DNA of 64,000 nt, taken from the NCBI RefSeq assembly GCF_006345805.1, contig NC_043006.1:35712001-35776000 (forward strand), given 5' to 3'. The notes beneath the pieces were generated by a model, which saw nothing but the letters and a program-made list of their open reading frames with translations, ran no database searches and was not told the origin of the DNA. This DNA comes from Octopus sinensis. Taxonomy: Eukaryota. A program made the position numbers and the translations under genes. This document shows positions 52,907 to 64,000 of this stretch, one piece after another (position 1 is the stretch's first letter; every line of letters begins with the position of its first letter).

Positions 52907-53367
52907 TATATATATATCATTCCGTCTTGCGTTAGATGTACGACTGTTACAGGGGAGATTAGTCCACATCAGAACAGAAAGAGGCATTCTTTATTCTGGG
53001 AAGTGGTTTGGCTACTAATGTACTTAGCAGTATAACCGACTGTAATAATATGCAGAACGAATCTCAGAAAAAGTATAATAAACACATACGTTCCTGATGC
53101 TATTTGTTCGTTGGGAACAAGTTACATTAACCGCATCTTGTGTTTATCATATATATATATACAGACTCTCTATCACACTAACACACACACAACATATATA
53201 TATATCTCGTTTATCATCTTTTATATTTATATATATATCTTATATATATATATATATATATACATGCGTGTTTCTGTAAATATTTATGGATAGAGAGATA
53301 TACGTACAATTAGAGACACACATTCACACACACATACATACTCACAGACATATATATATATATATAT

Positions 53368-53547
53368 CGCCATGATAGATCGGTAGCCACTACACTTTTT
53401 TTCCTCTCCTTGTTTCTCTTCTTTCTGTGGAAGAGCGTAGGCTCGAAACGTAAAATACTTTTTCAATTCCTGAGCGTTATACTAATACATCTGTTTGTTT
53501 TGTACACCACCTGTCTTCGTCTTTTGTTTTTTTCGTGAATTCTCCCT
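53368..53547 (+). mobile_element. Family B HHR-bearing short element, copy 3
   Basis: Homologous to 1235-1423; (TA)n on both sides. Confidence 0.75.
53422..53455 (+). ncRNA. Variant minimal hammerhead (CUGUGGA-A core), GUA site
   Basis: TTT-CTGTGGA-A-GAGC(GTAG)GCTC-GAAA-CG-TA-AAA. Confidence 0.65.
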
Positions 53548-54479
53548 ATATATATATATAATTTGCAGTCACCCAGGCTTAGCGTTACATTTCAGATGGG
53601 TCTAGGAATATAGAAAACAATCATCTGACTCCTCCAACCAGCTACGGCCAAATATTAAAATAAACATCAAACTTGAAATAAACGATTTATGCGATGATTG
53701 AATTGCTGTTGTAATATGGATCCATCGTGGGTTTATTGAAATGGGATTTACCGTAGATTTAGTTTTTAAAGCAAATTGGTTGGTAAATAAACACCTAGCC
53801 CTGTATATCATCACCGTTACTCCTGTTTTCACTATCACTGCTGTTTCTTTTATTAAAATTAATCGGTCCAGATCAACGTTCTGGGTATAACACGGCTTTA
53901 TGAACTGATTCATGCTACAGGAATCCCTGAAAATTATTCCCTTCGGCCTTGACTCTCTCCGAGGCAGCACAAACACTTGAACGCCGGGTTCTATTCTTAG
54001 CTAAGCGATAAAATTATTATTTTATTTCAGAGAAATGAGGAGAGACAAAAATACAATGAAGAATGCACTAACGAAATAAGCACTACACAGTGAAACAAGG
54101 AAAGAAGCGAGTATACTCTGTAGTTCTTGGACTGATTGGGTCGCTGACCCGGATTCTATGAGATCTAAATTGTAGGGTTTACTCCTTCACAGCTGAGCGG
54201 TCTGGGACAACATAAAAAGGAAGCGATTTTTCTCAAGAACACACCGCACCCTCTTGGCGCTCAGAAGCGAAACAAAAATCTTGCAATCGTGAATACAATA
54301 CTCCAACCACTCCTTCAAATAAAGCAACAAGGATTACTTCCGTTAGTCAACACTATGCCCTTATCGCAAGAGGTAGACAATGCTGAAGAATGTTTAACAC
54401 AACCAAACAAAAGCAAAGTTGGCATCTGAATTGAAACAGAAACAAAATCACAATTGATGTGTATGTGTATGTGTGCATG

Positions 54480-54578
<99 letters not shown>

Positions 54579-54771
54579 ATATATATATATATATATACAT
54601 ATATATATACATATGTACTTGCACACACACACGCCCACACACACATAAACGCACACTCACACACACACACACAAACAGGAGCTGGTTCTATGCTCGAGTT
54701 TATGTGTATATTATACGCAGTCACACAGGCCCAGATATACATAGGCACAAGAGTGGCTGTGTGGTAAGTAG

Positions 54772-55615
54772 GTATCCGGTGATACTTGAGGGACGTCCCC
54801 CAAAGTGTCACTTGTGCCTCCAGCCACGCCACATTAAAAGGAACTGCCCCCAGGACCATGGTAAGGACCTGGAACAGTCACCAGATGCTACCTCCCCTAC
54901 CCGGTCAAAGGGAGAGGTGGATGTGGTCGAGGAGGCTTCAGCCTCCTCAACTCAAAAAGGATTAAAAAGGAAGAAGGCGGGCAACAATAGTTGCCCGCCG
55001 AAGGAACCTAAGGCTTCGGGAGGCGGGGGAGAGTCTCCGGACAAAGCGGAAGAGCTCCACTCTCCCGAAGCAGGAAGAAAAGAAAAGAAAGAAAGAAGAA
55101 GAACGGCTCATCTCAGCAGGAAGATGATGTGCCGACTGCATGCCCCGAAGTTGTGCCACCCACGGTGGAAGAAACCACCCCCACCCTTAAAGATGATCAA
55201 TTGATTATCTTTTTCTACAAGGGCGGGGAGGTGGAAAAAATAGTAGAAGAACATAAAGAAACAGTAGATATGCCCTTCACACGGGATCTCGAATGGCCTC
55301 CGCAGATAGCTGTGGAGGTCATAAGGTTTCCCTTGTGGGAAAGGCTTAAAGGATTTGGGGAGGAGTGTCGCATATGGCCGGGTGGCCCTTACACGACTTA
55401 CATGTCCTACATGAACGAGGCATGGGAAATGGCGGGATACAGGAACTCAAGCGGCATTGAAGATAATGATGAATATATCGATGGATATATCGAAGAGTAG
55501 GAGATGAAAGACCCTCGTTACAGAGTTTGAAACCTCACCTTATTGGACTATTTTGTAGTGGTTTATATAGTATAGTGGTTTATATAGTAAAAGAATAAAA
55601 GAATAAAATAAAGTT
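54772..55615 (+). mobile_element. L1/Tx1-like ORF1 3' half (CCHC zinc knuckle) with short 3' UTR and A-rich tail, no ORF2
   Basis: YPVILEGRPPK-CHLCLQPRHIKRNC-P (CX2CX4HX4C), one frameshift, stop at 55498-55500, then AATAAA repeats. Confidence 0.65.
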
Positions 55616-56196
55616 ACATCTTTGGGTCCATCCATCCATCCAGCCGTCCATCCACCCATCCAGTTATCCTTTCATACATAGACATAGACATAGACATAGA
55701 CATAGACATAGACATATACACGCTTATTTCAACGTAAGCATTTATACAAAAATACGAACATAATATTGTCCGGTAACAAAATCCATTCACCAGAAACGAC
55801 GTCTAACTGTACTCAAGCATATATCGTGTTGCCGTTATTCAGTTCAAGGGAGGCAACTCTCAAAGCTACATTTATTTCCCATTCACTGTGAATGTTAGTA
55901 AAATTACGAACGGCTGCGAATAAGATTCTCACATACACGAGCACAACACAGACACACCAACACGCGGGCGCGCACGTACACACACACACACCACACACAC
56001 ACACACATATCATTTATTTATTTCACTCAGTAATCTACGGGCATGCTGGGGAACCACCTTCTAAAATTTTAGTCGAACGAATCGGCCCCATATTTTTTTT
56101 ATGAAGCTCCTACGATCTATTTTGCTGAAGCGGGATCGTAAATACACAAACACACAAGTGATGGGGGGGGGGAAACATTGTAACATAAACTATATA

Positions 56197-56275
<79 letters not shown>

Positions 56276-56276
56276 G

Positions 56277-56810
56277 AGTGAGAGAGCAGTGCATGCCATC
56301 AAAGTGACACTGGGGTAAAATATACGAAGCCCAATATACCCATCATGACTACCCGTCTGATAAGGGTACACCAGGCACATGCATCACAACCATATGTGCG
56401 CGACATGGTGATCTCATATCAAGATAAACAGCATATGATCTTGCAGGTGGGGCCCAGTTAGAATTTTCTTCAGGTTGAGTAGCCCATCCCGCTCAAAAGG
56501 TCCCTGAATAAGGGTTGCTTAAGGATGTTGAAAGAACCACCCATGTTTCCAGAGGTGAATTATTCAAACCCCAAAGAATGATGCTCCCCCACTACTTCTG
56601 CTCGTGATCAGAGATGCACATATCGTCAGCCACTAAGGGACATGCTCAACTGGTTAAGGTCAAACAACTGACAAGCAAATCTGTGGTATTGAGCAGAATA
56701 TTTGCTGTAGCCCATCTTTTATACCAAGACAAAACAATGTACATGATAACACTTCCAATCAGTTAAGATCAGAAGCCATGAGAGCCACTGCTTGGTACTG
56801 CATCAGGGCA
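56277..56810. mobile_element. ~530-bp non-coding interspersed element between (TAA)n tracts
   Basis: Mixed-sequence island sharply bounded by (ATT)n on both sides; no coding signal. Confidence 0.5.
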
Positions 56811-56823
56811 TTTATTATTATTA

Positions 56824-56875
<52 letters not shown>

Positions 56876-57119
56876 CATCATTATCATTATTATCATACAG
56901 TACTCCTTCGACTATCGCGGGCGTTACGTTCCGATACGTCCCACAGTATTATTTAAAATCTGAAAAACTATAGATACCTATCGTACTGGGGAATCTGTTA
57001 TATAAATTTGTATACCCCCAAAAACTCTACAATGTACTGTGTGCACGAGAGGTAAACCGCGATACGGCGAGGGATTACTGTATATACATGTATATGTATA
57101 TGTATATATATATATATAT

Positions 57120-58385
57120 AAATATATATATACATATAGATATGTTTCTTTATTAGCCACACAGACGGGACAGATTACAAAGTAGAGCTTTTCTTTTTTT
57201 GGTGAAAGAAAGAAAAAAAAACGAAAAAAAGGAAAAGAAACAAGAGAAAAAATGATCAATAGGGATCGTGTATCACAGTCTGATGATGTAAGGTGTAAGG
57301 GGGGAAGCAGATAAGGTTTATCAGTGGGAAGAAAAGCCTACGGAAAAGACCACGGTTACCTCGGTCAATATTGTTACATGTTACTACATTTGTTTGCAAG
57401 TGGATAACCCTTTGTTTTAAATTTCCGGGTTCATAGGATTATGCACAAGGTGGCTTCGTCATTCATACGTGCCATCCTTGCTACATTCACCCATCTTTTT
57501 TTTAAACATTCGCTAGACAAAACTTGCCTCTCTACTCTCACTTTCCTTTTCAAGTGATACTTGAAGAAGTTGATGAGAGATTGACCAGAGAGGAAAGTGT
57601 TTGTCTCCAATCCTTTCAGACATGTCCACCAGATACATTCTTTCGCCATAGCCACAAGGATGATGAAAATAGCTCCTACTTCCCGTTTGAAGGAAGAAGG
57701 CGTGACAATATTTACGATAGACTCGGCTGATAAACCGACTCGTCCCACACGTCACAGCAAATGTTCGACATAAGCCCACAGGTCGGAAATTGTTGGACAC
57801 TGCACGAGTGCGTGCAGAACGGTTTCGTCGCTCTGACCGCATATCGGGCAGGTCGGCCCCGAGTTTCTCGAGCCGTGTCTGTAGAGCTCATCCCAAACAG
57901 GTAGCGCTTCTCGGTAGCACTGTCAGGCCAGGGATCTCTGGAAGTTGTCCATATGTCCCGGCCCGAAAGTCGTCTTGAACAGGTGGTTTGGGTATTCCTC
58001 GTCCACGTCCAGGTTCGGCCCCGAGCTCGTCGTCGTATCTCCCCTCCACTAATCCCCTATAGAATGCTTGGGTTGTGTTGAAGTCATTCAAGGTCGACCC
58101 GGAACGGCATAGTTGCTTAAGAGCAACGCGACACTCGCGGTGCCATTCGCCCTTTCTCGGCTTCTTTTTGATCCACGACTGCAGTTCGGTCATGGAGACG
58201 AGTTGCGGGAAAGCGTGCCTCACAAACGGCGACCACACCAGTTTACCGTCGTCTACGTAGAGCCCGAGATGTCGCAGTCTCAGCGCGTGTCTGCGCATCA
58301 TCAACCACAGCATGCCCAGTCCTCCTTTTAACAGGTGTTGACTGCACATGGATCGCCTGACAATCGGGACGCATCCTTTCCACAG
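57120..58385 (-). mobile_element. 5'-truncated L1/Tx1-clade LINE (ORF2 C-terminus, 3' UTR), frameshifted
   Basis: KGGLGM..RRHALRLRHL; CPICGQSDETVLHALVQC zinc finger; stop at 57431; AATAAA then (TA)n. Confidence 0.85.
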
Positions 58386-58840
58386 ACAGACAGACAAACA
58401 GAGAGACAAAGAGACAGACGGATACGCACATAATGCGAGTCTTGAATAATGACCGATTCATTTATATTCTAGTAAATTCGACTTACTGCTATTTCCAGCA
58501 TTCATCATAAGCTCATTTTTGACAGATTTACTCAATCGACCCATCGAGAATTTGAGAAAATTTGAACAACCTGGAAAATATGAAATGACCATTATTTACC
58601 CCTTGTCTTGTATATCACTCTCCGTTAAAGCGGGTGTAACACGTCCATGGATTTACAATATAGAGTAAAGATGACCAATAACTTCGGACCCTCCCTATGC
58701 GTCACGATGTTGTTGCTAAAACAATTTACAATGCCATCCGCAAAAAAGACTGTCCTGAAATATACTTAGAATATCCCTCTGTTATTCAATACATTCATAA
58801 ACACCAAATCAAGGAATACTGGTGAAATATATATATATAT

Positions 58841-59125
58841 GGTCGAGCCGTCGGCGACTAAACTGGCAACCCCATCAAGCTTGCTTGGTGAGGAGGGTGT
58901 TTATTAGATACCCTGCGGGATGAAAAACAAAACCCGTTCAAGGGCGGAGGAACTCTTGAGATTCAAAGGCCATCCAATAAATGTCATAGAAATAATCGGA
59001 CTGAATACCCGATCGCGCGGTTAAACCATTAGGAGTGAAGGACTCCCAGCCTTTGTTAGGGCATCCTTCTAGGAGAAGGTAACTCAGGTAATTGGGATAA
59101 CTCCGACATAAGACCTGCGGCTCAG
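58841..59125 (+). mobile_element. RTE-type LINE 5' UTR relic
   Basis: Shares its first ~110 nt with the 6340-6452 minus-strand copy; contains GGGCATCCTTCTAGGAGAAGGTAACTC, a motif typical of RTE 5' UTRs (from recall). Confidence 0.55.
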
Positions 59126-59738
59126 TGGTTACCGATAATGTTGACTTGTTCTTCTTTTCGGATTATGGATGCTGTTGCTTAGTGAGTGGGATTGACTCAG
59201 CGTACAGCCTTTCCTCACTTTAAAAAAATCTTCTTGCACAGGCATTGCACGATAACAACATTGATTAAGCTTAGTGCAATGGCCATACACGATAACGAGG
59301 GGGCAGCCACCATATATATAGATATATATATATATAAGGACTATACTTATACAAACACAAGTATTAATCAAATCTAGCGTCATACATGTTATTCTTCTGT
59401 TCTTCCTTATTAGAGTCACTGGACATTGGACATACTTGGGCATGGGCTGAAGGCTCTTTAGCCGATCAAATCCGCACCACTAATAGCTATGAGTTGCTTT
59501 GTTTTCTTTAATCTGGTTCTTATTCTATTTTTTTTTTCCTTTTGCAAAACAACTATATTACAGCAACGAAAATAAATCAAGCTATCTAGCAGCGATGATA
59601 AACACAGACGTAAAGACACCTTCGTAGGCATAGGTATGTGCGTGTGTCTGTTTGTAGATGTTTGTTGTTGTTTTCCAGTTTCAGCTCTTGAGCTGTGGCC
59701 ATGCTGGGGCACCGCCATTTGTATTTATATACGTAATG

Positions 59739-59772
<34 letters not shown>

Positions 59773-59888
59773 TGTATGTATGTATGTATGTAGTATGTAT
59801 GTATGTGTGTGTGTGTTTGTATGCATGTATGTTTTGTAGGTTTGTAAGTAAGTACGCGTATTTATATATATATATAGATAGATAAATC

Positions 59889-59950
<62 letters not shown>

Positions 59951-60118
59951 CAGACAGATAGATACAGAGATAGATAAATAGATAAATAGATAATGAACAT
60001 ATGTATGTACGTATGTAGGTGTGTGTCTATTTATATGTGTGTGTGTTTGTCTATGTATACGTATGTATATAATGAATAAGCGAAAGAGACAATGGAGTTA
60101 ATAAATTTTTTTTTATTC

Positions 60119-60180
60119 AACACAACGATCGTTTCGATGCATCCTGCATCTGCCCCGAAGGCAGCATCTCATCAGGTGTC
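60119..60180 (-). ncRNA. Type I hammerhead, canonical core, GUU site
   Basis: GACAC-CTGATGA-GATGC..GCATC-GAAA-CGATCG-TT-GTGTT; palindromic AACGATCGTT. Confidence 0.8.
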
Positions 60181-60294
60181 ACGTTTTAAATAAGATATTT
60201 TGTTCTATATACTGAGTTTTCTTTAGCATGTTGTGGTCGCCTGTAGGATACAGACACACACACACATATATATATACCCATACACACACATATG

Positions 60295-60327
<33 letters not shown>

Positions 60328-60328
<1 letters not shown>

Positions 60329-61510
60329 AGGAAAATAAGACAAAGTAGAAAATGCTAAAATAATTTTATCATGAAGAACATGTTAGAACCGGTTTCAGTC
60401 TTAGCGACGTTTTCAACTTATTTTACAAGCATGAAGAACAATTAAATTGTGGAAAAATTAAATTAAATGCTTTTTAAAAATATTTCCATAGACGTCAAAT
60501 ACAATGGACATTTTCCTTTTTTTCTCTGTCTGCCTCTTTTTCTTTTTTAATTTGTGAGGGCTTGGTAGCAGGTCGTACAGTCCTAATATTTGATATGAGT
60601 TCTTAGTTTTGATTGTTTAAGCAGTAGTAGTAGCTGAGAAAGGATGTAAAGAAGAAGAAGAAGAAGAAGAAGAAGAAGAAGAAGAGAAGAAGAAGAAGAA
60701 GAAGAAGAAGAAGAAGAAGAAGAAGAAGAAGAAGAAGAAGAAGAAGAAGAAGAAGAAGAAGAAGCACGAGAAGAAGAAGAGGGAGTAGGAAAAGAAGAGA
60801 TAGAATAATAAAAAGGCGGGAGTGGTATGACAGTAGTAGGATGTTGGTAGAATCCTCTTAAATGGTCAAGTGACCTAAAAGTGACATGTTGTGGTTGTAA
60901 TCCTAATGATTGGAATTGTCCTGAATAAATTCCTGATTAGTGACTGTTCTGAATATAACGTTTTTAATATTTGTGTGGGTATTATTCTAAGGCCCTTATA
61001 ATAGTCTCATTAGTGGTGGATGCATTGAAAGAGGGTTTAGATTTTGTGTTAAAATATGACTCTTTGATAATGTGCTGACTACAGGTTGCATCGTCCCTTA
61101 ATTTATAGAGGGGAAAATTTCTCAAGTCGATGTGTTCGCTGAATGCTATTTTTCTGTATTCCCGGATTTTGATCTGGGATCTATGTAGAGCCGTCCTTTG
61201 ACGTAAACTACTTTTGATTTGGCCTATGTATTGCTCTCAACAGCCAGAGCAAGTTAATACATATATTAGGTTCTCTGAAACACATGTAAAGTTGTTATTC
61301 ACTGTAAAACGTGGACCCTGTTTGAAAGAGAACCTTGATCCCTCAAATAGGTTGACGCATATACCACAGTTAGATCTTCCGCATTTTTTTACTGATGGCT
61401 TCAGTGTTGTTGTCGAGCGTACTTGGGCTTGTGTTAGAAGACTTTTCATAGATTTTGGTTGTCTTTTGCTCTTTATGATGCATTTAGATGATTAAATTCT
61501 GAGGTCCCTT
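60328..61510 (-). mobile_element. Penelope-like element 3' fragment (linker, GIY-YIG, tail), decayed
   Basis: KKCGRSNCGIC..FTCVSENLIYVLTCSGC*EQYIGQ..ALHRSQIK; the tail contains (TTC)n and ends at (TA)n. Confidence 0.9.
60383..60420 (-). ncRNA. Minimal hammerhead, U3-A8 covariant core, partly decayed
   Basis: AAG-TTGAAAA-C-GTC(GCTAA)GAC-T-GAAA-CCGG-TT-CTA; mismatch at the base of helix II. Confidence 0.55.
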
Positions 61511-62399
61511 TTTAGTAGTACCAGTCAAATAAAGTACGAATCAAATATTAAGGTTCATGTAATCGATTTGCTCCTCTCCGCACCCATCCACCCACTCCAT
61601 ATACATACATATGAGTATGTATGTGTGTTCAAGATAGATCGCACCACACGAACCGTTTTAATGCATTATCAACTAATCGCAAATCGATGTGTTTATAGAA
61701 GCAAGTCACATCGATTTAGATATATCGAATTCAAAACAACATAAGCGAAATAACACATTAAAAAGTAACGTTTGATCAAAAACTTTAAAATTCAGACAAA
61801 ATCCATAAACCTACCTATTGTCTATTAAGTGTTCAAATAAGCGAGTTGAGATAAAGCAAATTTGATTGACGGATGAAAAGAGGGAGAATTAAATGGAAAG
61901 AAGGCAAATAGATTATACTTAAACGGAAATCAGTCATACTAGCTATTGAAGATGAAATATTTAGGAATATTTTTTCGTGATGAGAAAGCATTACGTGGTG
62001 TGAGAGTCAATGTTTACTAAGAAACAAAACAGCTCTTTTAATAGCAGATGACAGTTATTGAAATGTAGATGTTAGCTACTCTGTGTATAAACTCTAATTT
62101 ATATAATAATCATTATCTGAAGCTACACAGGTTACTACGATTACATTGTCTAGAGTAATGGAGAAAAAAACAGTTATTTTAATGTATGGATTTTGCAAGC
62201 TACTAGTTTTACGAATTATTTTCCTTTGATGTTGCTTTTTAATTTCATGCCTATAAATATGATGGGAATCGGGTATATAAATATATCGACCTTCTAATGA
62301 GATGTTAAAACACTGAAGCAGTCCAAATGTTCTAATATCATATTATAAATAAGTAATTAAATATACACTCTTTATTTGCAGTATATTGAGTTAGTTTCA

Positions 62400-62605
62400 G
62401 GCGGTGAGAAAGTAGAAACGTTAGCAATCCGGGAAAACTGCTTCGTGGCATTTCATTCGTTCTCAGTTCAAATTCCACCGAGATCAACTTTGCCTTTCAC
62501 CCTTTCAGGGTCGATAAAATAAGGACAGGTTGAACGCTGGGGTCGATGTAATCGACTAACCTCTTACCCAGAAATTACTGGCCTTGTGCCAAAAATTTGA
62601 AATCA
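62400..62605 (+). mobile_element. SINE family B
   Basis: GGCGGTGAG head, CAGTTCAAATTCC B-box-like motif, GCCTTTCACCCTTTCAGGGTCGATAAAAT block. Confidence 0.8.
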
Positions 62606-62975
62606 ACATATTGCGTTTGTTTTGTTTTTTTAACTTTGGTTTTCTAATTCAGTTGAACAAGAATAAAGATATGTATATATATTAGTGATAGTTGTTTATA
62701 TTAAGTAACGATATTTCCGAAAACGAAACAACACTGCCTTCTCGTCTACTTTTCCCCGCATATATTTCAAATAGGCGATGGGTCATAGCCCCAACTACTT
62801 TCTGATTTGTTACAGAGCACACTCAGTAAATACATACTGAAGTGGACGAAAGAATTATGTGCTTAATTAACACATAACTCATATACATATATACATGCAT
62901 GCATGCGTACATACATACATAGATACAAATATAGAATGTTAAAAATACCAGCTTAACTCAAAACGGTAAAGATTG

Positions 62976-63229
62976 TTTGCCAACATAACATGGCAGTCCT
63001 GGTATAGGACGAATGTTACTGTAATTTAGCCCCAGGAGACATCGTCTCCAGCTGGCTATACGACGCGATCTTTATATTTTCGAACATTGCCTTTATATTT
63101 TCGAACAAGGGAATCTGAAAAAATATATATATATAAGGACACAGATCGTGTCGTAAAACCAGATGTCTCCTAGGGCTAAATTACAGCAATATTCGTCATA
63201 AACCAGGACTGCCATGTTATGTTGGCAAA
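62976..63229. mobile_element. Foldback/MITE-like element with ~68-bp terminal inverted arms
   Basis: TTTGCCAACATAACATGGCAGTCCTGG..GGAGACATC and its reverse complement at 63162-63229; no clear TSD. Confidence 0.65.
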
Positions 63230-63394
63230 TACACTTTACTCCAAAGTACTGTTGATAAATATCTCTCGTTGTGAGATTTACAAATAAGAATTTTCTAATT
63301 TGACTCAAAAGCTTTTTTTTTATATCAAGCTTTAATAAATAGTTCAAACATATTACATACGACAAGCTTTTACTTAAGGTATATCTCTTTATAT

Positions 63395-63760
63395 TCTATT
63401 GCCTGTTGCCATCTTTGTGTCAGAACATCAATTCCCTGTTTATAACATTTGACTGGTTTAGGGGCAATAAACTCACTCCACCTGTTTTCGACATCATCCA
63501 TATTGTTGAACTTCGTCCGTACAGGAAATTAGCCATGGCTCGGGAAAGGTTGTAATTTGATGGTGTAAAATCTGAAATGAAGGCAGAGTTAGGTAGCACT
63601 TCCCGCCCCTCAAGTTTGCATAAGGTCACATTAGCAGTGCGTGCTGGGATTTTGTCCTGCTGGAGTGGGTGCACGTTTTCATTTGAGTAATGCCGGGTAG
63701 CAGGCTTTCAATGCATCATGTACGCGCTGCACTTGTTGAGCAAACAGATTATCATTCACA
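63395..63760 (-). pseudogene. Tc1/mariner transposase fragment, decayed
   Basis: LQQDKIPARTAN..EVLPNSAFISDFTPSNYNLSRAMANFL aligns by eye to mariner LQHDNARPHTA..EVLPHPPYSPDLAPSDYHLFRSM. Confidence 0.75.
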
Positions 63761-64000
63761 GCATGATCATTTAAGACACGCAACAACCCGATCGAAACTC
63801 CAACAAACACACGTGACCTTCTTTTCAAACCACCCTTCTTTTACAACAGGTACTGAATCCTAACTGGAATGAAGTCACTAATTTTTTTTATTAGGATTTC
63901 AAAAGTCGATCCATTCTTCAACCCCAGTCACCAAAAATGGGAATCTCGAGGATATGTCTGCAGTTGTTTGCTAATATTCACACATCGTTGAGTCTATTCA

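Noticed and set aside
54031-54093. Possible terminal exon RNEERQKYNEECTNEISTTQ*
   Set aside because: Only an acceptor-like site; no homology or upstream partner.
56760-56812. HDV-like ribozyme at the element end
   Set aside because: A P3/L3-like stem can be drawn, but P1 needs a bulge and the P1.1 GG is absent.

Overview
AT-rich, microsatellite-saturated animal genomic DNA. The repeat complement (tRNA-derived SINEs, Penelope-like elements, R4/Dong, L1/Tx1, RTE, Helitron and mariner relics) resembles an Octopus-type cephalopod genome; this is pattern recognition, not a database hit. No intact host protein-coding gene can be supported, and most ORFs in the track are translated microsatellites. 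The strongest unannotated signal is a set of 13 readable minimal type I hammerhead ribozymes (HHRs) plus 2 decayed ones. They sit in Penelope-like element (PLE) tails and short non-coding elements, usually abutting (TA)n. They fall into four core types: canonical CUGANGA, compensated U3-A8 (UUGAAAA), U4C (CCGAUGA) and A6U with an extra A (CUGUNGA-A). Nearly all have a palindromic, dimer-type helix III. Three insertions are head-to-head palindromes carrying an HHR in each arm. One of them (52 kb) is built from a circularly permuted 345-363 nt non-coding unit, i.e. a retrozyme-like candidate. Other notable items: a divergent, internally shortened 5.8S-28S rDNA piece next to a Helitron end, an ORF1-only L1/Tx1-like element, a 1-kb tandem duplication that may be an assembly artefact, and weak candidate micro-exons. 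All ribozyme calls are folded by eye and none has been tested for activity.
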